Positions 1 to 12,478 of a DNA stretch of 64,000 nucleotides are shown here, one piece after another (within the stretch, counting starts at the first letter, position 1; each line of letters starts with the position of its first letter). The stretch is from assembly GCA_951406725.2 (NCBI GenBank), contig OX597826.1, forward strand, positions 12,276,001 through 12,340,000. The letters are read 5' to 3'. This DNA comes from Octopus vulgaris (Eukaryota). A program made the position numbers and the translations under genes. The notes under the pieces are model-generated. The model saw only the letters and a program-made list of their open reading frames with translations. It did no database searches and was not told where the DNA came from.

Positions 1-14
1 TGATAAAACTTTCT

Positions 15-195
15 TCAATAGGCAAAAGGTTTGAAAGTCCTGGGAGTATGGTGACTAGTAGTTTACATCAAATGGTATTTATTTTATCGATCTCTAATGA
101 ATGAAAGGCAAAGTAGGCTTAAGTGGAATTTGAACTCAGTACAGAAGACCAAAACTAATGCCGCTAAGTATTTGGTCCGGGGTGCTAATGCTTCA
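15..195 (-). mobile_element. Degenerate SINE, family C
   Basis: Matches the family C core (ttatcga..atgaaaggcaaagt..ggaatttgaactcag) seen in better copies such as 11218-11451. Confidence 0.7.
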
Positions 196-229
196 TGACA
201 CGTGGGTGACCTATAATCGATGTGATATC

Positions 230-600
230 TTACGTATCGTGAAACCCAAGTATCTCCAAACTGCGATGGTCTTTGGGTGTAATTCCAGTGATGATGACAT
301 CTGCCGCCTCACGTCCTTGACCAGGGCCTTACGCTCAATTCAGACGGCTCTGTTAAGCTACTGGAGAGTCTATTCAAATCCTGGCTGGAGATGATTACTG
401 CTGGAAGACCATATGTGTGTCAGTAGGATCCAGTTCCTTGCACTCAGAAATGATTGCCGGATTATTTATGTGCCTTCACTAGCCCAAATTTCTGGCCTCC
501 TAATTCCTCTGATTGTGATCCCATGGATAATTATGTGTGGGGTGTATTTGAGAAAGACATCAACTGCTTTGCATGTAAAACGAACGCCGAGCAGGTAACA
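230..600 (+). pseudogene. Tc1/mariner-superfamily (maT/DD37D-like) transposase remnant
   Basis: Frameshifted motifs MVFGC, WLEMITAGRPYVCQ*DPVPC (cf. RPYVWQQDSAPCH) and FWPPNSSDCDPMDNYVWG (cf. WPPNSPDLNPLDYYVWG). Confidence 0.8.
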
Positions 601-829
601 TATGCATGTAGGGACATATACCTGTATGTGTATGCACATATGTATATACGTATGTGTATGCGTGTTTCGGTACATAAGTATTTATGTATATATATATATA
701 TATACATATATATGAGCGTCAATAATACTTTAATTGTTCCACGTCTTCGCGTTGCTGTGTTTTGTTAATCAGAATTATGAGACAAGTAATTTATTAATTT
801 TTAAATTATTGGTAGTATTATATTGGATT

Positions 830-2382
830 TTTGTAATAAGGAAAATATGAATTGAATCGATATGATATAATGTAGTGCTTCCTTCCTTGGAATCCTGGCA
901 AAGTTCAGTGGAGTCAGAGTTACGTTTGGGAATTACGGGCTGGTACAAACTCAATAAAGTAGCTGACATGTTCAATGAAATGAATCACACAACTACCACT
1001 CTTTTTTCTTCTTAATACTTTCTATCGCAGTTTGCAATTCTTCAAAATTTGAACACAAAAACATACATACACCAACATATACACAAGGCATCTTACGTTC
1101 CATTATGACAGGAAAAAGTTATTCCTTTGACATTTCGATGGTAACTTAACATTAATGAATAAAGTATGAAGTTGGCACTGGAATGTCGTTTGTGAATTAA
1201 GTTGACGTTCAAGCATCCGGCGATAATCTTTAAGGGCAATAGCCTGTGTTGCTTCCTTGAACATATTGGACGTCGTTTTAATGTTGCTGAATGGCAAGCA
1301 AATTGGAGAAATGCTGGCTGCCAAATGTGATGTATTCTACCTTGGAGATATAATTTAAGCCAACATTTGGTGAACACAAACAGCTATGAAGTAAAAGCAA
1401 ATATTTTACTTTGCAAAGAGACTACTAGTGACTTCTGTGGAAAACTTAATCGGTGCGTGATAAATACTTGGCGTGAATAAAATTTCCAACCATTTCCACT
1501 ATCAAAGAGGTGTTGTAGAAGGATGACATGCTGGTGTACATTGTGCAGTTTTAGAGACTGTAGAATGATATCGAAAATAGGTTAGACCCATTTCGAACAA
1601 ATGAAGATGTCATCAATTTACAAGAAAGCCTCGTTGTGTTACAGAGTAATCAAACTCCACGAGATAATTTAATTATTGGTTCAATAATTTATGGAGAAAT
1701 AATGAAATTGCTAGGGAATTACCATCGTGTTACACAGGGAGCAAAACAACATTTCTTTGCCTATCCTACTTTTTAGCTATTTGAGCCACGTTCTAGCCAA
1801 GTGACTTTGCTACCATCCAAAACTAAAATTCCCTTAAAAATTGCAGGAAGAAGCGATCTTTATTTGTCTCTAGCAACTCTGGATGCTAATACTGAAAATC
1901 TTTGAAAATTGCATCAGTTGCAAAGGATCTTTTCGGTTTGAACGGCAGTTTTTAACATAATTTCTAGGTAACTAAAAAAATTTAAACTTCATATACTGGT
2001 AGAATGTGTTTATAAAAGTTCTTTTTCTCTTGGCTTTATTGAGAAAATTCTATAGTTTGTAAGATATTTGTTGTTTATTTTCTTCAATTTCTGCAATTTC
2101 AAGCAATCAATGACGTCCATTGAGGTAAAAACATTCTGTGTCATATGAATATGTCCCTCGTTTAAGAAACAGATTGGGTTTATTTACATTTGTGAAGAAA
2201 TAAAAGATACCCTTCCCCCCACCCGTAACCCTAAACCTAACCCTAACTAACCCTAACCCTAAAACAGATTGAAATGCAATAGATCGATACTAGGGTCATA
2301 ATTATGGGTGACAATTTCATATGACACCGCTAGAAAAAACTGCCGTTCAAACCGAAAAGGTCCGCTGCAAAGATCTCACTAA
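830..2382 (+). pseudogene. hAT (Buster/SCAND3-like) transposase remnant, split by a MITE near its C-terminus
   Basis: Decayed C-terminal dimerisation region (LQESLVVLQSN; FAYPT; SQVTLLPSKTKIPLKIAGRSDLYLSLATLD); reads LHQLQ-RSH* once the 1925-2363 insert and one TSD copy are removed; 5' extent uncertain. Confidence 0.65.
1925..2363. mobile_element. MITE with 29-bp TIRs (GG...CC) and 8-bp TSD, Merlin-like
   Basis: ggatcttttcggtttgaacggcagttttt ... aaaaactgccgttcaaaccgaaaaggtcc (1 mismatch); flanks gttgcaaa / gctgcaaa; internal (CCCTAA)n-like tract. Confidence 0.85.
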
Positions 2383-3124
2383 ATAAATGAAGTAAAAAGA
2401 TAATGCGATATATCATTTTTGCATTTTGTTAAATGGTTTTTATTTTTTGTGTTTAAGAAGTAATCGTTTTTAGAGTTAATCTAACTTTACGTGTTATGTC
2501 AGAAAAATAATGTTTGGTTATAAGTGGTTGTTTCTTTAAACTCATAAAATATTTTTGTTTTTGTGAAATAGATTAATAGAGAATAATTTAACTTGGCTTT
2601 TAATATACACTTATATTTTTAATGGAGTTTATTACGGTAATGGCAGAAAAAAGGTCATATTTGAAAAAAAAAACATTTATTTAATGCTTTTTTATCGTTA
2701 TGTATTTTTGTTCAAAAATTCTCTTCATTATAATTTATCTTGTTTTTTCATAGATATAAATCATAAAAATAAATCTCAGGATTATAAAACTAATTTAAAA
2801 CAATTAATATTTAAAATTTCGTTATTATTTGATAAAACTTTACAAATTATGTTTTATTAACAGTTTTAGATATTTTCATGACTTGGTTCAACTATTAGAC
2901 ATTTATTTAATTTAAAAAAATGGAGTACATTTTTTCACTAATAATATTTCGAGGGACATGGAAAAACTATAGATTTTATGGAAGCGGGGGCATTAGTTTT
3001 AAAATGTTGGTGCAATCGAATGTTGTCTTCGAATATTATAATATTAGGTGATAAATGAAATATTGTATATTTAAAAATTACGAAAGGATTTGCATAAAAC
3101 AAAGATAATTATTGACGATGTATG

Positions 3125-3452
3125 TGGAAGCACTCCGTCGGTTACGACGATGAGGGTTCCGGTTGATCCGAATCAACGGAACAGCCTGCTCGTGAAATTA
3201 ACGTGTAAGTGGCTGAGCACTCCACAGACACGTGTACCCTTAACGTAGTTCTCGGGGATATTCAGCGTGACACAGAGAGTGACAAGGCCGGCCCCTTGAA
3301 ATACAGGTACAACAGAAACAGGAAGTAAGAGCGAGAGAAAGTTCTGGTGAAAGAGTACAGCAGGGATCACCACCATCACCTGCCGGAGCCTCGTGGAGCT
3401 TTTAGGTGTTTTCGCTCAATAAACACTCACAACGCCCGGTCTGGGAATCGAA
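3125..3452 (-). mobile_element. SINE family B (tRNA-Arg-like head), 5'-truncated
   Basis: Near-identical to the full copy at 45754-46138. Confidence 0.9.
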
Positions 3453-3651
3453 AGTATATAAGTTATATATCGAAAGTATATAAGTATATATCGGTCTGGT
3501 ATATAAGTTAGAGAGAGAAACTTATAAAAAATAAATAAACGGGTAGTTTAAGGTGAGTAACGGGATCGATCGATTGGATTGCAGTAAGGCAGTCAATGTA
3601 AACAGAACTGTAGGAAGAAAAAATTCTTTTAAACTGATTAAATTATTTAAT

Positions 3652-4027
3652 AGGCGGAGACGTGGCTGTGTGGCAAGACGTTTGCTTCCCAACCACATGG
3701 TTCCGAGTTCAGTCGCACTGCGTGATGCCTTGGGTAAGTGCCTTCTACTATATCCTCGGCCCGACCGAAGACTTGCGAGTGGATCTGGTAGACGGAAACT
3801 GAAAGAAGCCCATTGTATATATCTATCTATATATATATGTATGTATATATGATAGATCGTTAGTCACTACACACATTTTTTTCTCTCCTTGTTTTCTGTG
3901 TCCCTTTCTGTAGAAGAGTGTAGGCTCGAAACGTAAAATACTTTTTTCTATTCCTGAGCGTTATACTAATACGTCTGTTTGTTTTGTACACCACCTGTCT
4001 TCGTCTTTTGTTTTTTCCGTAAACTCT

Positions 4028-4120
<93 letters not shown>

Positions 4121-4330
4121 GCTCTCTGTGTTTGTCTCTCCCCACTATCGCTTGAAAACCGATGTTAGTGTGCTTAAGTTCCCGTAACTATGTTATTCAA
4201 CAAAAGAGACCGATATAATAAGTTCTTGGCTTACAATGAATAAGTCCTGGGGTCAATTTCGTCGACTAAAAACCCTTTAAGGCGGTGCACCAACTTGGCC
4301 ACAGTCAAATGACTGAAACAACTAGAAGAA
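3652..4330 (+). mobile_element. SINE family A (tRNA head, internal TA/TG microsatellite, conserved tail), interrupted by an HHR mini-element
   Basis: A-box/B-box-like head ggcggagacgtggctgtgtgg..gagttcagtc; tail gtcaaatgactgaaaca. Confidence 0.85.
3852..4030 (+). mobile_element. Penelope-like mini-element in (TA)n with an HHR-like motif at 3904-3938
   Basis: Second copy at 37028-37209; cttt-CTGTAGA-a-gagt-gtag-gctc-GAAAC-GTA-aaa. Confidence 0.7.
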
Positions 4331-4596
4331 TATTTAATGTTAATTTCACGAAAGACAGATTATATAGGCAATACAAAATTTAGTACATGTAAAATTAATT
4401 CGAGTATGTGCAACAGACATACAAGACGATAATTTGAATTAAATAGTTAATAAGAATTAATGAAAAATATATCAGAAATATAAACTTGAAAGATAGTTTG
4501 TAATTAATTAGCTAAGGTGATAAAATTAATATATATTGGATTAAATAAACTAACTAAATATATATCACACCATATTTTAGAATTGTAACCAAAGAA

Positions 4597-4767
4597 GGCG
4601 TAGGAGTGGCTGTGTGGTAAGTAGCTTGCTTACCAACCACATGGTTCCGGGTTCAGTCCCACTGCGTGGCATCTTGGGCAAGTGTCTTCTACTATAGCCT
4701 CGGGCCGACCAAAGCCTTGTGAGTGGATTTGGTAGACGGAAACTGAAAGAAGCCCGTCGTATATATG

Positions 4768-4806
<39 letters not shown>

Positions 4807-5025
4807 TTGTGTGTTTGTGTGTCTGTGTTTGTCCCCCCAACATCGCTGGACAACCGATGCTGGTTTACGTCCCCGTAACTTAGCGGTTCGGCAAAAGAGA
4901 CCGATAGAATAAGTACTAAGGCTTACAAAGAGTAAGTTCTGGGGTCGATTTGCTCGACTAAAGGCGGTGCTCCAGCATGGCCACCGTCAAATGACTGAAA
5001 CAAGTAAAAGAGTAAAAGAGAAAAG
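4597..5025 (+). mobile_element. SINE family A, full length
   Basis: ggcgtaggagtggctgtgtggtaag..gggttcagtccc head; tail gactgaaacaagtaaaagag. Confidence 0.92.
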
Positions 5026-6234
5026 AAGTAAGTGGTGTGATAAAGTACCTATGAAGGAAAATTAGGACATCAATCGATGAAATTGATTTAAAAGTTGACG
5101 ATGATTAGGAACTTGAATTGAGGAAGTAAATTACTAAGAATAACGAAAATAAAATCTGAGTTAATGAAACTGGATTAATACATATAATCGAATGGATGAC
5201 AAATGCGATAGAATAGGTAATGGACAAGACAGAAACAGAATCATAGAAGAGCAATATAATTTAGTTAGAAGAGTAATTAAATGTGTTTATCTACATTTAC
5301 GAAGATATGCACCGATATAATTAAATCAATTCTACTAACAGAATTGATTATGATATACCGTTAGTCTAAGGAAATAAAGTATAGCGTGAAGACAACCAAG
5401 AGTGCGTAGCACTTTATAGAAAGGGAAAAGAATAACATTGAAGTGTCTCAATAAAGAAAATCAAATCACTTTTAGAATAGAGGGACAGGATAGCATATAT
5501 ATGGTAATTCCTGACGGTGGCTATGAGGAGGTGATTACTAGTTAAAATCATTGGTCTTTAAGTTGTGTAAATATATAGTGAAAGAAGTTCTCGACAGCTT
5601 TCTCTAATTGGGAATTGTATTAAATTTTTTGAGTAATTCTAGTTGTGTCACTGTAGTATGAGAGTGTTTTTCACTTACGTGGCCAGCAAGAAAGCCAGAA
5701 TAGCAATAGCAAGTACTATAAGCTCTTCAGCAGCTACTACCACATTATATTGAGTACTTCTTTATATTTTAACTACTTCTCTGCTTTTAAAGTTTATATA
5801 TACATATGTGAGTATGTGAATGTGTGTGTGTATGTACATATATATATATATATATACATACACAGACATATATATATATGTGTGTGTGAGTATGCGTGTG
5901 CTTGTGTGTGTATGTGTATATGTGTGTGTGCGTGCACTTACACATGCATAGGCATATACTGAAATCTCTCAAACTTGATGGCGATAAGAGAAATGAATAA
6001 ATTAGTGATATGACAATTTAATTTAAACCCTAGAGAAAGAAATTAAGAGATATGCTAGTCTCAGGCACTTAAAGATGACATATATATTTCACTGTAATGT
6101 AAATATTCTAAACGTATTTCTGTTTTTATGCTTTTCATTTTGTAATTCGTTTTTTCTCTTTAAGTAAATCAATTGCACGCAGTATTAAGTGCATGCATAA
6201 TGTATAAGAAAAATTTGTAATAATTATAAATTAA

Positions 6235-6450
6235 GAGTCAATACTATTGAAAAGGTTGCAAGACGCAACGAAAATTTTAGGAAAATAAAAATAAGGAATA
6301 AGGGGAAATTTTACCGGTGAGTGTGTTAAGATATAAGGCTCCCCCCAAAAAATGACTTTTCCCAGACACAACAGAATATGCTTCAACACACGAACTCACA
6401 CGAAGAATCATCTTGCAAACCAAACCCCAAAACGAAATATAAATTATAAG
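6235..6450 (+). mobile_element. Penelope-like pLTR fragment with a minimal HHR (U3-A8 core) at 6244-6280
   Basis: cta-TTGAAAA-g-gttgc-aagac-gcaac-GAAA-at-TT-tag; related copies at 17305-17560 and 23690-23842. Confidence 0.7.
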
Positions 6451-6540
6451 AATTAAAAAAAAAAAATGTTTTCAGAATATTCTAGTTCTACTCTCAGAGA
6501 GTCGTTACACACACACTGTCAAAACCTCAGTGAACATACA

Positions 6541-6624
<84 letters not shown>

Positions 6625-6902
6625 CATGCATTCATATATATGCGTGTGTGTGTGTGTGTGTGTGCATGTGCGTGTATATTTATATGTGTGAATGCATGTA
6701 TTTGTATGTGTACGTATTAAAAATACAACAACTACAAAACAAATATAAATTTATACAAATTCATTAATGTTTAATGATTATAAAACTACAAGTGCATTAG
6801 TACAAATGATTTTTTAAATTCATGTATTATTTGGCTTGATAAGTAAAGACATATGGAAAATAGACGTGCTGCGATTTGACACAGCTGAAGTGCTGTTTGG
6901 TA

Positions 6903-6989
<87 letters not shown>

Positions 6990-6991
<2 letters not shown>

Positions 6992-7291
6992 AGGTGCAAT
7001 GGCCCAATGGTTAGGGCAGCGGACTCGCGGTCGTAGGATCGCGGTTTCGATTCCCAGAAGGACTAGCATTGTGAGTGTTTATTGAGCGAAAACACCTAAA
7101 GCTCCACGATGCTCCGGCAGGGGTTTGTAGCGATCCCTGCTTTCGCCACAACTTTCTCTCACTCTTTCTTCTGTTGGCCTTCTCGCTTAGCCAGCGGGGT
7201 GGCGTCATTTGAAGGCTAAAACAATGCGAAGCGTATTATGACCAGCGACGTGTTGCAACATCTGATAACCTGGTCGATCACGGTGATCACG

Positions 7292-7296
<5 letters not shown>
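6990..7296 (+). mobile_element. SINE family B head with alternative tail 2
   Basis: ggaggtgcaatggcccaatggttagggcagcggactcgcgg..ggtttcgattccc; tail ends in gatcacggt repeats. Confidence 0.88.
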
Positions 7297-7359
<63 letters not shown>

Positions 7360-8136
7360 TATAGGGAGGGAGAGAAAGGGGTGCTTCTCAATGCAGTGCA
7401 CATTGTATCCAACCTAGCATGGTAGATTCTGAGAAAGATTTTGTTATATTGTCCTACACAAACACAAACATCCTGTGATCTTGGGGATATACCGGATATT
7501 GGCTCCCTAATGGTCGTTGAGGTTGAGATAACTTAATGAAGTGAAATACTTCACTATAATAATGTGTTTAGTCAAAATTATACCATTATCAAGAAAAAGT
7601 ATCATGAGGTTTAACGATAAATTATTGTCTCCAAAGACGATGAATAAAGCATCAAAATCCACAACATCTGAAAGAAGAACCAGGCGCGTACAAGAAAGTA
7701 CCAGGCGCGTACACTGATGTATGTTAAGTATAAGTAGGACGACACTGTTAATTACACTCATTGATGCAGAAGCAGAAGTCTTCTTGTCTCCCAAGAACAA
7801 AATCAGATAATCTCATTAAAAGCATAAAATCTATGCTTAAAAGCCTCTTTAGAGAGCCTCCGAGACTGGTGAGATGAGGAGGCTGTGTTCGGCTGCAGCT
7901 CGTCCCTTGTACCTACTTACACCATAGATACACATAATGCTCACACACCAAGCATTTATGCATATATAATACATTTTCGAACGTTCTTATAACATACATA
8001 TGAGGTTATTAGATTTAGATTAATGTGGTATTTTAAGTTAATTTTAAGTTTTTTCAAATAATTTTCTGAAGTGACTCACTACTTATTTTATATATATTAA
8101 ACCATAGGTGCTTGAGTTACTCCTGTAGTTATATAG

Positions 8137-8197
<61 letters not shown>

Positions 8198-8202
<5 letters not shown>

Positions 8203-8385
8203 AATATTAATTTTAGAGAATATCAATTCCGGCATAACAGAGGTTCAAATTATTCTCACGGAGTGGTTTAGGAACCCGAGGATGTACCTCATGAAACAAG
8301 TGTTGCCAAGGAATAAAACAGTAGGTATTTAAAATAAAAATAGAAATTCTTTTGATTTCGTGGGAAGTAGGGGTATACTATCTCT

Positions 8386-8395
<10 letters not shown>
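8198..8395 (+). mobile_element. (TA)n-embedded mini-element with a degenerate HHR-like motif
   Basis: Ends aattttagaga / tctctaaatt; internal CCGAGGA-tg-tacct-ca-t-GAAAC-aagt-GTT. Confidence 0.4.
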
Positions 8396-8424
<29 letters not shown>

Positions 8425-8600
8425 GACACACACATACATATATATATATATACATATATATATATACACATATATATGTATATATGCATATATATAAATT
8501 CACGCATATGTATATGTTAATGTATATATATTTATATGTATATATATGTGTGTGTGTGTGTGTGCATATATATATATATATACATATATATATACACATA

Positions 8601-8638
<38 letters not shown>

Positions 8639-8699
8639 ATATTTATATATATGTATATATATATGTGTGTGTGTGTATGTGTGTATATGTATATATGTA

Positions 8700-8789
<90 letters not shown>

Positions 8790-9724
8790 AGCACACACGC
8801 ACACACACACAGACAGTCATATACATACGAATACATATGTCGTAAATTAAAAAATAAAACGATGTGGGGCTAAGTAAGGTAAGAGGGAAATCTACCTTCG
8901 AGTTTTAACGCTTTGTTGAAGTAAAACTATTTTATTACCGAACGACAAATCACTTAAAAGAATAAAGAGAGCGGTGAGGGTTTTTTTGTTGCTGACAAAA
9001 GAAACAAAGAGCAAAATAAATATATTTAATGGATGAAAAGGTAATAAAAGATAATAAAACAAATTCTTCTTCCTGTATTTTTATAAACCAGTTACAAAAT
9101 ATGAAATACCAAAACTTTTTTATTGCCGAATAAATTAGGATTATTGAAAAGTTAATTTCCGTTATAATAATATATATTTTGGAAGGTTAAAAGTGAAATA
9201 TCTTTTGAGAAATTCGTTCAGAGCAAACGACATACATTGTTCGTTTTGGGTTATTTGACACTGTTACGTCTTTTTCAAAATTAGTGAAAATTTTATAGTT
9301 CTTGTTTTTGTGTATTTGTCACTGTTGTGTATTTGTCACTTTCATCATACATCCTGTGACCTCTTCAGCGATTCTTTATCCAATGTATCGCTTCTTGTTC
9401 AGCGGACTAAGCCGAACAAGAAGAGATACGTGAGTTAAAGAGTTGTTGAATTACTCACAGGATGGGTAAAGAAAGAGCATTTACTAAAAATCTGTTGTAG
9501 GATAAGTATTAGTACCAAAATATTTAAAATAGTCTCAAACATTGAATGAGATATAGTTGATGTGTATAATACGATTTTAATTCCAACAAGCATCGTACTA
9601 ATTTAATAAGATTTAATACGTTGTATTAAGTACATATCCTTTAGTAATGCTGTTTATGTCAATTAAAATGACTGTATAGGGATTCAGAATTCAGTTTACG
9701 GTTTACGTACATCCATTCATTCTT

Positions 9725-9940
9725 GTTTCTTTACTGCCCATAAGGGGACAAACAAGGACAGACAAGCGGATTAAGTCGACTAAATCGCCCCCCAGTGCGT
9801 TACTGGTACTTACTTAATCGACCCAGAAAGGAGGAAAGGCAAAGTCGACCTCGGCGGAATTTGAACTCAGAACGTAGCGGCAGACAAAGTACCGCTAAGC
9901 ATTTCGCCCGGCGAGCTAACGATTCTGCCAGCTTGCCGCT
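9725..9940 (-). mobile_element. SINE family C monomer
   Basis: Reverse complement of gcggcaagctggcagaatcgttagc..gagttcaaattccgccgaggtcgac. Confidence 0.9.
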
Positions 9941-9976
9941 TTTCATTCTTATATGCTTACACATACATTGTTATAT

Positions 9977-10096
<120 letters not shown>

Positions 10097-10164
10097 CATA
10101 CACACACACACAACACACACACACACACATACACACACATATATATATATATATATATACACAT

Positions 10165-10560
10165 GCGTAGGAGTGGCTGCGTGGTAAGTAGCTGGCTTAC
10201 CAACCACGTGGTTCCGGATTCAGTCCCACTGCGTGGCACCTTGGGCAAGTGTCTTCTGCTATAGCCTCGGGCCGACCAAATCCTTGTGAGTGAATTTGGT
10301 AGACGGAAACTGAAAGAAGCCCGTCGTATATATGTATATATAAATATGTGTGTGTGTGAGTTTGTATGTCTGTGTTTGTCCCCCAACATCGCTTGACAAC
10401 CGGTGCTGGTGTGTTTACGTCCCCGTAAATTAGTAATTCGGCAAAAGAGACCGATAGAATAAGTACTAGGCTTACAAAGAATAAGTCTTGGGGTCGATTT
10501 GCTCGCCTAAAGGCGGTGCTCCAGCATGGCCACAGTCAAATGACTGAAACAAGTAAGAGA
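10165..10560 (+). mobile_element. SINE family A
   Basis: Colinear with 4597-5025. Confidence 0.92.
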
Positions 10561-10602
10561 GCAAACATACTTATATATATGTGTGTGTGTGTGTGCTTGT
10601 GT

Positions 10603-10645
<43 letters not shown>

Positions 10646-10664
10646 TGTATGTATGCTCGTATAA

Positions 10665-10855
10665 GACTTCTGTTCAGCCAAAGATCTACATTCTTTACCG
10701 CACATCCGACAAGTGAGGCTCTCTTGTGATTCATCTTTGTTGTGCAAATCTGACACCTTTTCATTTCATACTCAGTATAGTCCACAGCCGGTTCGTTAAG
10801 ATGACTGCGTTGATGGTCCTCACTCCCGCCATATTGAGACAAACGCACCTACGTT
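10665..10855 (-). pseudogene. RTE-type LINE C-terminal zinc-finger remnant
   Basis: Frameshifted CVCLNMAG / HQRSH and LTCRMCGKECRSLA, resembling the CxxCGRxCxSxAGLxSH fingers at RTE ORF ends. Confidence 0.6.
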
Positions 10856-10859
10856 GATT

Positions 10860-11080
10860 ACAATTTTTGAATTTTTAAATTATAATTTTGATTTATATTG
10901 ATTTAAATTGAACAATGATTTCGAGGGGTTATCGGTCGGCGGGCGCCGTGGGCCCCTCCCATCATTATTATTATTTTTCCATAATGTGTATATCGTTTTC
11001 ATACACATTAATGTCTCTGTCCAGCCCGCAGCTACCTTTCTCTGTGTTCGACCTTCATGGTCAATTCGATGAAATAAAGT
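10860..11080 (-). repeat. Unclassified interspersed repeat, copy 1
   Basis: Reverse-complement match to 60822-61025 (catcgaattgaccatgaaggtcgaacacaga..aaggtagctgcgg..ctggacagagaca). Confidence 0.8.
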
Positions 11081-11217
11081 TACTTCATTGCCAATACGAA
11101 ATTCCGATAACGGCTCTGGGTGTCCCTTCCTAGCATTTCTTTTAGACTTCTGATGTTCCCTTCTCTTCATTTATACACACGTACACACACACACGCACAC
11201 ACACACACATACACATA

Positions 11218-11450
11218 TATTTCTTTACTACCCACAAGGGGCTAAACATAGAGAGGACAAACAAGGACAAACAAAGGGATAAAGTCGATTACATCGACCC
11301 TAGTGCGTAACTGGTACTTAATTTATCGACCCCGAAAGGATGAAAGGCAAAGTCGACCTCGGCGGAATTTGAACCCAGAACACGTAACGGCAGACGAAAT
11401 ACGGCTACGCATTTCGCCCGGCGTGCTAACGATTCTGCCAGCTCGCCGCC

Positions 11451-11451
<1 letters not shown>
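11218..11451 (-). mobile_element. SINE family C monomer
   Basis: Full head aggcggcgagctggcagaatcgttagc through tail gtgggtagtaaagaaata. Confidence 0.92.
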
Positions 11452-11531
<80 letters not shown>

Positions 11532-11858
11532 CATATATAGACTAACAACTGTATAGGCAATATTTAACTATATCAACTAGCGGCCAATGTTTGCTCAGCA
11601 TCTTATGGCGTGGATATTCGACACTGGTAAAGGTAACCAGCAGAAAAATTTAGATCTAGAAACACCATCACCGTTGTTATACAATCTTTGCCTGCTGATG
11701 TTATTTTCAACCTCAGCGTTTTTAATGCTATACATCGAATATAGATACTTACTTTAGACTAGTATGGGAGCTCAGAAGGCTGTCAATAGTATATACACTC
11801 AAGCATGTGAGCAACGTGAACATTTTGAACCAATACCGCCTCCGTCAATGATAAAAAT

Positions 11859-11905
<47 letters not shown>

Positions 11906-12039
11906 CACATATATATATATGTCTGTGTGTGTATGTATGTATATGAAAATTATAAAATATCGATATGCATGCATGTATTTCTCATCCTGTTTTTTGCTTT
12001 CTGTACTTGAAATGCAGACTTGCCGTGGCGCCACTTTGA

Positions 12040-12375
12040 ATGGTATATCCGAACTAATCGATACCAGTACTTACTTTTGAGCCGAGCATTTACTCTTTAC
12101 ACCCCCACCCCACCCCCCGTTTGCTGTGTCGCTAAGTTACAGTTGGTGAGAGACAAACACGCAAACTTACACACATACGTATTTTACCCATACACACACA
12201 CAAACACACACACACACACAATCACACACACATATACTCACGATGGGCTTTCAGTTTCCATCTAAGAAATCCATTCGTTCGTCTTCGCTCATCTTGGGCA
12301 TTTGGCAGATGGCACTTGCCCAACACTAACTATGTTTGGGAAGTAAGCTTCCTACTCCACAGTCACTCTTGCACC
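12040..12375 (-). mobile_element. Degenerate SINE family A
   Basis: Decayed match (cacagtcactcttgcacct; cagtttccatcta). Confidence 0.6.
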
Positions 12376-12390
12376 TATGTATGCGAAACA

Positions 12391-12475
<85 letters not shown>

Positions 12476-12478
12476 ATA

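Noticed and set aside
2226-2261. True telomere or chromosome-fusion site
   Set aside because: The tract is short, degenerate and enclosed within MITE TIRs
4597-4670. tRNA genes at SINE heads
   Set aside because: A and B boxes are present, but there is no complete cloverleaf and each runs into a SINE body
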